Origin: Hydrolagus colliei
Taxonomy: Eukaryota
Length of the DNA stretch: 64,000 nt
Direction of reading: 5' to 3'
NCBI GenBank assembly: GCA_035084275.1
Contig: CM068747.1
Span: 8,866,001-8,930,000 of the forward strand
Positions 35,146 to 64,000 of the stretch are shown here, piece by piece. The notes below the pieces were generated by a model, which was not told the origin of the DNA, searched no databases, and worked only from the letters and a program-made list of their open reading frames with translations. Within the stretch, counting starts at the first letter, position 1. The number at the start of each line of letters is the position of its first letter. A program made the position numbers and the translations under genes.

Positions 35146-36069
35146 ATTTATTTGTCGTGTTGCTATACAAGCGAGCAGTGGTTGGCCAGTCTTCCCTATT
35201 GAATTAGTTGGGAGGCTGTTTGGGAGAAAATGCATTAAGATCCCACAGTGTTCTCTGGCTTTGGCCATTATTATCCAGAAACAATTGGAAAATTGTGGTC
35301 AACAAACAGCTCTAAAAGAACTACTTAATCTTCACCAGTGCAGTCTTCCACATTGCATGGCCGCTTTGGGCCCAAAACGGGTTCACTAATGCTCACATTC
35401 TTTTGTCATTGATTAGGAGGGAAGCTCCGAGTGCTCGTCTTAAGTCACAGGATTGCTTGTTTTCCATGTTCTTTTGAGTTTCTATTACAACTATGGCACA
35501 TTTTTTTCACTGTTCAACAAACATGACCAATATCCCTAAAGAGCCAAGCCTACTGGGGTTTGTACCAACAGCACCAAAATTACATTTGTATAGCGTCTTT
35601 CATGTCGGGAGGACGTTCCCAGCCCCAACACAAAGTTGAGAACTGAGCTAGCTAGCGACGTGTATGATAATAACCGATGATATTAACCGATTTAACAATC
35701 CAGAAAATGAGCAAGAATCCTTGAGATATTCTGCAGATCCTCTGGTTGCTCTGAACAGTAGTTCCATTATATCCATCAGTGTTTACTCTGTTAACTGAAC
35801 CACTGGATCTATCTGGATAGAAGCAAAGGCCTGAGGCAGATTTGTTTTATCATGTAGAACAATGGAACTTCGGACGAGAAGGACCATTATAGTCATCCAG
35901 CCAGACTCATGTGCAGCAGCAGTGATGGCTTTCACCAGGCTCCTCCATCCCAGTGCCTGCATATTTGTAAATATATTACAGCAATTACCCCCAAAGCACA
36001 ATAGCACTCACCAGTCTGCACCTGATACCAGAATTGGGCAAGGAGAGGGTGCATTCCAATACATGGGGA

Positions 36070-36570
36070 TTTTCCACGTGAAGGTGGGTTGCATGGAATT
36101 TAGTATGGGTTTGGATTCTCTTCGAAGATGTCACCACGTGTGAGCCTGCTGGGGCTACAGCGCCCCCCTGCGGCGAGAGGATTATACTCACACCGCCCCC
36201 CGTGGCCGGAGGACGGCGGCGGCCTTATCCTGCTCGCTGTGGTGGAAGCGGATCTCCAGGTAAAACGGTGACTCCCGAGGAGCAACTGGCGCGCGGCTCC
36301 AGCCGCTGTGAGACGTGTCAGCTGCGCCCGTTAGTGGCTGCACATCCCAACCGCCCGCCCGGAGAAGCCGCTGGTGAGGACAGCAGAGCGGCCGCTCAGG
36401 GCCTGCCGGGGGAGCGGCGCCCGGCATCTCTGAGAACAGGTGAATAACCGGAGAACGCTTGGGCCTGAGTCCGGGGGCCGTAGCGACCGATAAAAAAAAA
36501 AATAAAGCGGCTCCGCATGAGGGTGAAGAGGCGGCAGGGCAGCTCGGCCTCGGGGGCAGGAGGCTGTGGG
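36070..36570 (+). promoter_or_regulatory. ICA1L CpG island, promoter and probable non-coding exon 1 (donor after 36439)
   Basis: Sharp GC/CpG rise, two CACGTG E-boxes (36075-36080, 36135-36140), a CTCF-like CCGCAGGGGGGCGCTG on the minus strand (about 36158-36173), and donor AACAG|GTGAAT at 36439/36440. Confidence 0.7.
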
Positions 36571-37149
36571 CTCGTCCAGGATGTTGTCAGAATTTAAAAT
36601 GCGTTTGTAGCCCCAAAATAGCCCAATATTACGCGTCGCCTCCAGTGGGGGCAGGTAAGGCTTTGTCGGAAATTAAAATGGGTTTGTAACCCAAAACCCA
36701 CCAAATACCAGCCCAATAATAATAATAATAACAATAACAATAATCCTGGCATTGATATTGTGTCTTGTCACAACTTCCAGACATCTCAGCGCCTTTGGGG
36801 CGTCCTCCTGACGTGAAAGGCACTCGACAAATGTAATTATGTTGTTATTTCAAAGCCCTTCACGGGCTAGACTGTAAAGTGAATCCACTAGTTTGTGGGT
36901 GAAATGCGGCAGACAATCGTGCACAGATTGAGTGACCAATTTTTTAAACAAAAATAATCCAATCTATGTTGTTGACTCCTCTTTGGGTAGCAGCCAATTT
37001 AGTTGTTGTGGCTTTTTTTTGAAACTGTAAAACAAAGTCATCAATGGAAACCAAGATCATATTATGCAGTTTTCCATTTTCCCCCCTATGAATTAGGGGG
37101 GGGGGGGGGGAGAAAAAATCGTTAAAATTAGGAATTTTTTCATGACTAG

Positions 37150-37800
37150 TACAACAAGAACAAAATTACATTTGTAAAGTGCCTTTCTACATCAGGAGGT
37201 CATGCCAAGGCCCTGAACTGTTGGGTTCAGGACCTGTATGTGGGGGCTGAGGGAGAGGGACGAGGGTGGCTTGAAGCAGTCAAACAAAGAGGATCCTGAA
37301 TTGGGCCTTGAAAGAGGCAAGGGAAGGGGACTGTTGGATGGAGTTCCAAAAGGTGGGGGTAGACAGGCTGACAGCCTGACTGCTGATGGTAGGGCAGGTT
37401 GGGTGAGACATGGAGCAGGCTGGTCCCTGCTGAATGGAGAGAGCAGACAGGTTGATTGGGGGTCAGCAGATCAGAGAGGTAAGAGTGGGGGCAAGGCTGT
37501 GGAGCCTTGAAAGTGAGGACAAGGATTTAGAATTGTATCCTCCTAAGGGATGGGAGCTGTGGAGTGGGTGGGGGAGATGGGGTCACAGAGCCTGGTGCGG
37601 AAGAGGACACAAGCTGCAAAGGTCTGGATAATCTTGCAGCTTGTGGAGGGAAGAGTTGGGGAGGCCAACGAGGCGCAAACTAATTAGGAGGGCCTCAGTC
37701 TTGCTGACATTCAGTTATAGAAACTTGTCTCTCATCCAGGACTTGATGTCTGACAGACATTCTGTCTGGACGTCAGTTGTCCTGGAATTGAAGATGGAGG
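37150..37800 (-). mobile_element. L2-clade LINE 3' fragment
   Basis: Same family as 3785-4620 (CCTTGAAAGTGAGGACAAGGATTT), with its tail at the left end. Confidence 0.82.
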
Positions 37801-38669
37801 CACAGGAGGAAATCTCGGGAAGAAATCATTTGGTAAACATCCTATTGAGTGCTATTGAGTAGAGGAAGTATGCTTGGAAAGTTCAATTGTTTCTGGGACC
37901 AGTCATTTCTCCCAGTGTTTTGATTCTTGCTTTCACAGATTTATGTTGGATGTGTTTAGATCCATGGTTTCTTGTGATCTGGCATTTCTTACTCACAAAG
38001 AGCACTTTTTGCTCTTATCTCATCTGACTGGGGATTAGTGGGTTCCTGTTTTGTCGGCAGTACCATTTTATATTGTTTGGTGTTTAAGGATGGGCAATAA
38101 AATCTGGGCATCACCCAGATCCTGAGAAAAAGTTTTTTTTAAAGAAATAATTTGGCTAGGACAGTGCTACTCCCAAATTTAAAACTATGTACTCAGGCTT
38201 GCTTGTCTCAAGAAATCAAAGTGTGTGATTGTGATCATTGCTATTCAAAGATTTAAAGTATGTGAAGGCTGGTACCAGCCTCTTTAGTTTCTTAATAGAG
38301 ACTTTCCTGTGTGCAAATTGGTTGGCGAGTTCAGCTACAAAATACATAGTTACTACACCTGACTGCGAAACACTTTCCTCTTGACGGGAAAATCACTATA
38401 TCTAATGAAAGAATCATAGAATTTTGCAGCAGAGAAAGGCCATTCGGCCCATCATATCTGTGCCGGCTCTTTGAGAGAGCTACCAACTAATCCCACTCCC
38501 CTCCTCTTACCCCATGTTTCCTTTTTAAGTACTTATCTAATTCCCTGTTGAAAGCTATTGTCGAATCTGCTTCCTTTCAGGCAGCACGTTCCAGATTGTA
38601 ACAATTCTCTGGGTAAACAAAATGTTCTTCAACCCCGCTCTAATAATAATTTAAGAGTTATTATTGTTC

Positions 38670-39515
38670 TTTTCTGTATGCTACCCCATGGTGACATCAT
38701 CCACAGACATGGGGTCAACTTCCACACCCATCTGTTATCTTTCTGCCTCCACCCTCGATTCCAGGATCACAGCTGTCCTGACAGACTGACATACATCAAG
38801 TCCTGGATGAGAGCTAACTTTCTTATTGAATCTCAATAAGACTGAGGCCCTCTTGATTGGCCAGCACCTCCACATCTCAGGCACTGACAGCATCAACCTC
38901 CATGGATGCATACCACCTCACCAAGCCAGTCAGGAACCTAGGTGTCTTATTCGATCCTTAACTGTCTTTTCTCCTCTACATCCATGCCAAGACCTGCTCT
39001 GCCTTCCCTCACCTCTGCAACATTGCCCAATTCTGCCACTACCTCACCCATCTGGCTGCTGAAACCCTCATTCATGTCTTCTTCACATCCAGGCTCGACT
39101 ATCCCAACACCCTGCTTGTCAGCCTCCCCAGCTCCTCACTTCTTATTCTGCAGATCATCCAGAACACTGCAGCCCATGTCCTCTCCCACACCAAGCTCCG
39201 TGAACCCCATCTCCCCCATTCTCACCCGACTCCATTGGCTTTCATTATTCAGAGGATTCAATTCAAGATCCTGGTCCTCATCTTTAAAGCCCTCCGTGGA
39301 TTTTCTCCACCCTACTTCTGTGACCTCCTAACTCCCTACCAGCCTAGGTAGGGGGTTAGGAGGTCGCAGAAGTAAGGTGGGGAAAGGCCATGGAGGGCTT
39401 TAAAGAAAGGCCCAGGATCTTGAACTGAATCCTCTGGGTTATGGGGAGCCAGTGGAGTTGGGTGAGAATGGGATTGATAGAGTCATGGTGTGACTCCCTT
39501 GGTGTGGGAGAGGAA
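38670..39515 (+). mobile_element. L2-clade LINE fragment ending in an inverted self-copy
   Basis: LPHGDIIHRHGVNFH...IKSWMRANFL..LNKTEALLIG...; 39345-39514 is the diverged reverse complement of 39180-39340. Confidence 0.85.
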
Positions 39516-40005
39516 CTAGGGTAGCTGAAGCTAACTCTACTACGTTCCCAGTATGAAAAGGTAACTCAGCAAAACTCATAGAAGAGAGTCTGTGATCTTT
39601 TATCACTCAATATCTCGCTGGGTGATGCATTTACCCATTAATTATAATAATAATAATGCTTGCATTTGATATGCCTAAAACATCAAAATGTCTCAACATC
39701 AAAATGTACTGCTTTATTGTAATTATGATGGGAGCTTAGTTTTAACCTGCTTGCCCCGCAAACGAGACGACCCAGTTTCAAATGCCAGATGCTGCAAATC
39801 TTTAGGCCAGTTTCCTTCCTGCACACCTCTGTTTACCTAGTACAGTAGTAAGTAGGAACCTTTTTGTCAGTCAATTGGCAGATCACTTTCCAGGTGTAAT
39901 CCTCAAAAAAAGTTTGGGCGTCACTCAATCCACGACTGTTTGTGGGACACTGCTGTGAGCAATTGGCTGCCACGTTTTGACTACAAAATACACAGCCAAT
40001 ATATA

Positions 40006-40200
40006 CAGTAAAAGCCTGTTTATCCGTGACCCAATCAACCGTAACTTCCATATAACCGGTATCTCAAAAAAAGGTCCCTATTTGATTAACCCAAATTTAT
40101 TCGTCACAATGTTTTTTTATTTAAAAAATTTTGGAGCGTTTTTGGCCGAATATCCGGCATTGGCCAAGTCCCAAGGGTACCAGATAAACAGGCTTTACTG
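40006..40200. mobile_element. Tigger/mariner-like MITE inserted in a SINE tail
   Basis: TIRs CAGTAAAAGCCTGTTTATC ... GATAAACAGGCTTTACTG, preceded by TA. Confidence 0.78.
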
Positions 40201-40887
40201 TGTTCAGTATATATTGGTTGAAGGAGGCTGTTTGGCCAATCGTGTTTGTGCCAGCTCTTTGATATGAGCTATCCAAATTAGTCTCACTCCCCTGCTCTCT
40301 ACCCATAGCTCTGCAAACTTGTCCTCCTCAAATATCTACTTATCTCTTAAAGTTGTTATTGAATTGGCTTCCAACACCCCTTTCAGACAATGCATTCCAG
40401 ATCTGAAAAGCTCATTGTGTGAAAATATGTCTCTTCACCTCCCCTCTGTTTCTTTTAACAACTATTTTAAATTGGTTTCCTTGGGTCACCAACCCATTTT
40501 CCAGCGGAAATAGTTTCTTTTTGTTCACCCTATTGAATCCGCTCATAATTTTGAAAACTTCTATTAAATCTCCCCTTAGTCTTCCCTGCTCTTAGGAAAA
40601 TAGACCTGGCTTCTCTAGCCTCTCATAATTGAAGTCCCTCATGCAGGATTAGAACCCACAATTGACTGATTCAGAGTTGACAGTGCCAGCACCTGAGTCA
40701 GGCTGACAAACTACTGTCTTTCCACTCTATTCTGGCTACATTTGTTTTCTGTCCAGGGAGGTGTTGAGTGCTGAAATAAAGGGGATGAAATAAATCATCT
40801 GTATTTGATTTTGTAAATAACAAAACTAATCTTGTCAATACCGTGATTTTCTTGTTTTTTCTAGGTTTGCAACAGAAATCCTATGCA

Positions 40888-58400
<17,513 letters not shown>

Positions 58401-61400
58401 GGGGAATAAATTATATGATGAGCTTGTTACACACTACATCTGTCAATACTGCACTAATTCTGATATATACTGTACTTACCAAACCACTAGGTTATCAACT
58501 GGAAGAATGAGAATCAAAGGGTCTTTTCAATAGTAGGGGTGGGAGTAAGGAAAATACAATTAAATGTTACAAACAGTGCCTGCGTCTGGAATGTGGCACC
58601 AGCTTGTCTTTGACTTCTCAAATTGCAACCATCTCTCCTGGATGTCGCACAATGTGTGTTGACTTCAGGAATGGTTGCCAGGGTCCAATCCAAAGCCTGA
58701 ATAGTTAACAGTACATTTTAATGCGCTGACTGTTAATTCCAAGGTGAAAATGAAGTCCATTCCCAGTGTGTTCAATTGTTTACAAGTGGATGTCTCTATT
58801 TAACACTATGTTCTCTAGGGAGCACTCCTAGAATTTGATGGGGAGCAGAGGTGATGTCCAGAATAGACGGATAGTATCATGTTCACCTGTAGCATGTGTG
58901 TATGGGAGGGGAAGAGAGGAAAAGTTACACACTCACCAGTATTGTCTGTCTGTAACACATACAATGTTTAGGGTAAGGGGAAAAGTAAGTTTCAGAAGCA
59001 AAAATTTGGGATTTGTTGGAAGCAAAGTGTGAAGGGGAAGAGATGGGTACATCTTTAAATGTGCAACTACTGTATTCAAATAGAAGTCTAGTATTGATCT
59101 CCAAATTCAAATATTTGCCTTTCACTGTTACACTACTTGGAATTGAAGTAGTAAAGTTCATGTTTGTTTTAATTAATTAATGTCCAAACTGAACATAGAC
59201 AATGTTGCAGGTTGCTATGTTAACGTGTCTGCTGTCACCAACTGGTGAGTACTCGTTCCCAATGACTTATCCATCAACAGTGTTCACTGTGTCCTTTGAG
59301 ATGCTTGAAGATCATTTATAGACTTCAAGACATTGACGACTGGCCAGCTTGTACCATTATCAACACAAATAATTTTCAGTAACCTCAGTTACTAACTATG
59401 TCACAGAAACAGGGCTCAGCACTCCATGAATTGCCTCAAAACCAAGGAAGAGAGTGGTGGGATCCAGCAGCTCTGCTCCCTTCCTTTCTGTTACATAGTA
59501 AGTGTCAGAGTGTCATTCCTGCCAATCCCACCCACCCACCCCCACACACATGCACTTTCCAGCAGCAGGTCGATGATGAGCAAATTAAGATTTGCCCTCC
59601 CAAGCCCAGGAGTTGTTGAGTTCAACCAAATTAGGTAATGTGAAAGATTTGTTCGGTTCTGTACAATCTACCAACCACCAAGACTGGCTCATTTGTCCTT
59701 TGTTAAAGTCAATGTGTTTCTTTTGTGAACCAATGAAAAAACACTACCATTAAAATTGCAATATGTTTTAATCCTATTTAAATTTTGTCACATTACAAAA
59801 ATAATTGCTCACCTTTGGGTTAAATGACTTGCAGTCATCTGCCAGTCGCTGTTGACCCGCTAATGGGAAAAAACATTCCAGCAACTGCCAACACCGTACC
59901 AATTCAAATAGTTTTATTTCTGTTGAAAGTGGATCACACCATGTCTATTGGGTATATTGGGGGGAGCAGAGTTGTGTTTTACAATGAATACTTGATGGCT
60001 GTGAACTTACAAATGAAAAAATATTTCTTTTTATAATTTAAATATGTAGTGTGTGTGCAAAAAAAAATGCAAGTCTTGGCCCAGGAATGGATTAATATTT
60101 GTATTTTGTATTGAAAGGTTGTCTGGAAAGGGGAAACATTGCCTCTTCTATTAAAAGTCAGCAATCCTCTAATGTACATTTAGTATCTATGTTTCCAATT
60201 TGGAGTTTTAAGTGTTATTTCTTATTTTGCTTTGGCACCTTGTTGAAATGAACCCCAAAGTGGAAGCAACAGGTTTGTTAATTCAATCTGTTTTGTACTA
60301 ATATTTACAGAATCTGGTGCTAACTTGAGGGCATCAGTAAATTTACTGACCTTTGCCAGTGCTGGAATAGTATTAACAGTCCAGTTAATACTGGAATTTC
60401 CATCTAGAACTTTACAAACCAGAGAATATGCTTTCAGCTGCTTGGAGCTTAACCTTGCCCAGGGAATCATTCCCTATCGAGACTGTTCTTACAGCATCCT
60501 TTTTCACCAGGTCCATATTTTTCTGCCAGATAAGAGGGTGAAGTAGCACCAAGCATGTTTGTTATATGTGGATACACTTGCATACTCAGGGCTAGATGTT
60601 CTACTTGTCATTAAGTAAAATAAAGGTGATCTATATGAAGTCAGATATCAGTGGGTGCCAGAGCTGAAGTGACAAACAGATCATTCATTATTTCTCAACA
60701 TTGTATCTTGAGATCAGAAAACGGTAATATGCAAGGAAAACATTATTTACAACAAACTTCTAGCTTCAGATACGAGAGAAATTGACAACAATAAACATAC
60801 AAGTTTCCTGCTAATCCTACTGCTTTACCTGCTTTATACACGATTCATGCACACAATGGGAGTTTTCCAGTTCAAACGTTGCATAGTTGCACTACTCATC
60901 TGATAGCAGAATGAATCTCATCTACTCCTAGCATTTGGTCAGAGCATTATACTAACAATAAAACAATGGATCTGCCTCCAGCAAAAAGTGAGTTTGGGCC
61001 AACAGAAATGGGTGGTTTGACAAACTAATTACTCTATTGCCTATAATCTGGTAAGCAGTAACAATGCAGCTGTTTGCTTATATGTACAAAAACAATAAAT
61101 GAATAAGACTACATTACTGCAAATATACAACTCTTGGCATCGTTAGTCTCAACGAAGTTGGAAATAAAAGAACAAATTTGGCCTTTTGTATAATGTCTGA
61201 TGTAACCCAGAACCACTGGGGGTTTGAATCCTTAACGTACTGGTTTTGTTGCACAACATGAAAAAAACAACCAGTAATGGAAATTTTCCAGCACATTTAA
61301 TTTGCAGGGAGGAGAGGCATAGGAGGATGAAGTGGTCTCTACCCCACCATCGGATAATGCTTTCAGCCATTATACCCCAAAACTCTGGAACACTTTCCCT

Positions 61401-61789
61401 CGATCCCTCTGCCTTGCTCTGTTTCCCCCCTTTCAAGTCCCACCTGAAAACTTTCCTCTTCGACCGCGCTTCCGGCTGCCTCCCCCCTACCCCCAGCTCA
61501 GAGTGAAGCTCCGCCATTGATAAGTGCTCTGAGTTCCTACCCTGCGTGGAAGGCGTAAGGAGTAAGTGCAGGTTGTTGTTGCTATTGTTACTTTAGCTGA
61601 ATTTGAAGTCGAGACAGACTGGTATTGACGCACATTGATGCTCTTCATAATATGTAATAAACATCTACAGAAACTATTCCAATGAAGATGTCAATGTGGC
61701 AATATGGAATGAAACCTCTGCAGACCCTCTAGAATGTAACAGATTAATCTTGACCATTAATGTCTGGAATGTCTACTTTCATTTGCTGA

Positions 61790-62190
61790 TTTAACAATGG
61801 GATGGTACTTACCAGGAATGAGGGACTTCAGTTATGAGAAGCTAGAATTATTCTCCTTGGAGAGTGAAGGTTAAGAGGAAACTTGATAGAAAATTTTAAA
61901 TGATGAAATTTGATTGGATGAACAAGGCGATTGGGTCCATAACTCAGGGACACCAATTTAAAATAGTTGTTAAAAGAAACGGGAGATGAGATATTTTTTC
62001 ACGTAGTGAGTTCAGTTCTGGAATGCATTGCATGAAAGGGTGGTGGAAGCCGATTCAATAACAACCTTTAACAGAGAAGCAGATACAGTAGTTATTTGGG
62101 GAGGACAAGTTGTTTGCAGGGCTATGGGGAGAGCATGGGGGAGTGGGATTGATTTGGACAACTCTTCAAAGAGCCGGCGCACACATGATG
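61790..62190 (+). mobile_element. CR1 LINE 3' fragment, degenerate
   Basis: PGMRDFSYE..LFSLE..RLRGNLIE...WNALHERVVEADSITTFNRE. Confidence 0.85.
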
Positions 62191-64000
62191 GAACTCCATT
62201 CCAAAGTCCCTCTGCCTCACCCCATCCCTTGTCTCCTTCAGGAAATACCTCAAGGCCCTTCTGGCTCTTCTCTTTGACCATGCTTTCAATCAACCTATTT
62301 TCCTTACTGCCCTCCACCCTCCCCAATCCCTATCCATAACTTGGGACTGAAATACTGTCTGTCCAGTGCCTTGGGACATCCTCCTGACATGAAAGATGCT
62401 ACACAAATAATTTCATTGTTGTTGAAACATAGCAGCCAATTTCACCCAGTAGTGTCCCACAAACAGTTGTGGATTAGCGCTTTGGGACGTCCTCCTGACA
62501 TGAAAGGCACTTTATAAGTGCAATTTTGTTGTTGTTGGATTAACTAACTGTGGGATGTCCTCCCAACATGAAAGGTGCTCTATAAGGAAAGGAACAAGAC
62601 GGATATATTTCCTTAGGGTGAGGGCTGAAAGGCTGAAGGCTCAGCCGATGATGGTGGAACGGGTAAGGCACATGGAGCAGGTCAGAGTCTTATGAGTGGA
62701 GGGAGGGAAAGGTTAATATGGCACTATAAAAACTTATTTCTATGCGGTATCTATATTCTTCATATTCAGCTTTCGGGATTCAACATTGATCAACATAACA
62801 GAAAACAATGCAAGGAAAGCCAATAGTTAGCAACTACAGTAAACACTAAACAATGTGTACATGTCTATCTGAAGTGGTGGTTAGAGAAGTACAGAAAAAA
62901 CAGCATTTTACCAAAAGTAAATAAAATCGACCATTTCCAAAAGTTGCAAAGCACCATTTAGCATCCCAAGGGAAAAGTATACACATTATAATCTGGGGAA
63001 GCCCATCTATGTGAAGATTTTTTTGCTCTCAATCAAATTCAAGAAAAGGAGCCCTCTTCAACTTCTTCAATGCATCTTACAATTTTGCGGAATCAAGTCG
63101 TGGATAAATATTTTGGTCTGAATTTATCTTTTGTTAAAAGGTCAATCACAAGATTGACCTTTTATTTATCAATATAATAAAAATACAATTTAAGACAGGG
63201 CATTAGGGAAATGAATTAGTGAAACTGAAGCACACCAAAGTAATATTTAAGAGTAAAATTAGAATAAATACCTTGGAGAACACTGGAATAAATGGTCAAA
63301 CTGAGTGCCTGTGGGCCTCCTCACTGAGGGAAGGGGAAGAGAGAGTGCAGTCTATTTTAGCTCTGTTTGCTCCATAGAAAGTTGGTGCTAATTCCGGTAT
63401 TGGTAATGTTCATATTGGCAACTTCATAGTGGTCCACCCATAGTGGAGGGTCCTGGAAACCTTGGATACAGCTGGTTTAGTTTTTCTCATGTGAAACTGG
63501 CCAACTATACAGTAAATATATGACTATAAATCAAATGAGGAAAATTTCCTGAGAACAGAACTACTGTAGCACTGAAGTGTTGCACAAGTGTAAAGCAGGC
63601 TTCCACTTGATTAACTTGGAAAATTAACCATATATAATATATAATCTTTATTTAAATGTAAACAGAACAGGGGCCATTAAAAGTTAAGGCTCTGCAGGCG
63701 AGGGAAATAGTGACAGCTGTGGTCTATTCAAGTAATATTGGTCCAAAATACATTGCAGTTCAAAGTTCCAGACACTAGTCTTTAGATCTGTGCCTGTCTG
63801 GGACCCACTCTCACAAACTGTGTGCATAGTTTATGCACCATAAGAGAATCAACGCCACCACCTAGATCTTGTATGAGGAAGTCATTGCCTTAGATGTTGT
63901 TGGTGGCTGACTGAACTCCCAACCCTTTGCCTGCAACTCAGGCCTGAACCCTTACAGCCAAGATGCAGAGCTGCAGATATGTGGAGTAGCTGTGGGTTTC

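Noticed and set aside
63078-63117. Minus-strand short frame ending ...NIYPRLDSAKL* (PTS1-like) as the last exon of a neighbour
   Set aside because: The putative acceptor has no polypyrimidine tract and I found no in-phase upstream exon in 63.2-64 kb, so it is probably chance.
63136-63163. Perfect 12-bp inverted repeat AAAAGGTCAATC-ACAA-GATTGACCTTTT containing AGGTCA/TGACCT
   Set aside because: The half-site spacing is 10 nt, not the 3 nt of an oestrogen response element, and it is too short to call a structural RNA.

Overview
Vertebrate genomic DNA, not microbial. The repeat content (DeuSINE-type SINEs, L2 and CR1 LINEs, a Penelope-type palindrome) suggests a cartilaginous fish such as a chimaera; that assignment is inference. 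I rebuilt three spliced genes by hand from GT-AG boundaries with continuous reading phase, all on the + strand. CARF (calcium-responsive transcription factor, ALS2CR8) is 5'-partial with 13 exons in view (<1-14938). WDR12 is complete with 13 coding exons and 423 aa (19175-31868). ICA1L is complete with 13 coding exons and 510 aa (40888-58400), plus a probable non-coding first exon in a CpG island near 36.2-36.4 kb. Introns and spacers are filled with SINEs, L2/CR1 fragments and small hAT and Tigger-like DNA elements. There is a 36-bp minisatellite in WDR12 intron 1 and one 133-N assembly gap. The most notable oddities are: CARF tandem to WDR12 rather than head-to-head as in human, a nested perfect fold-back palindrome at 34.0-34.3 kb, a young antisense CR1 ending about 29 nt from an ICA1L splice acceptor, a 17-nt coding micro-exon in ICA1L, and a Penelope palindrome with a degenerate hammerhead core. 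I found no convincing evidence of a wholly new biological system. Gene identities and comparisons to human rest on recalled protein sequences, not on a database search.
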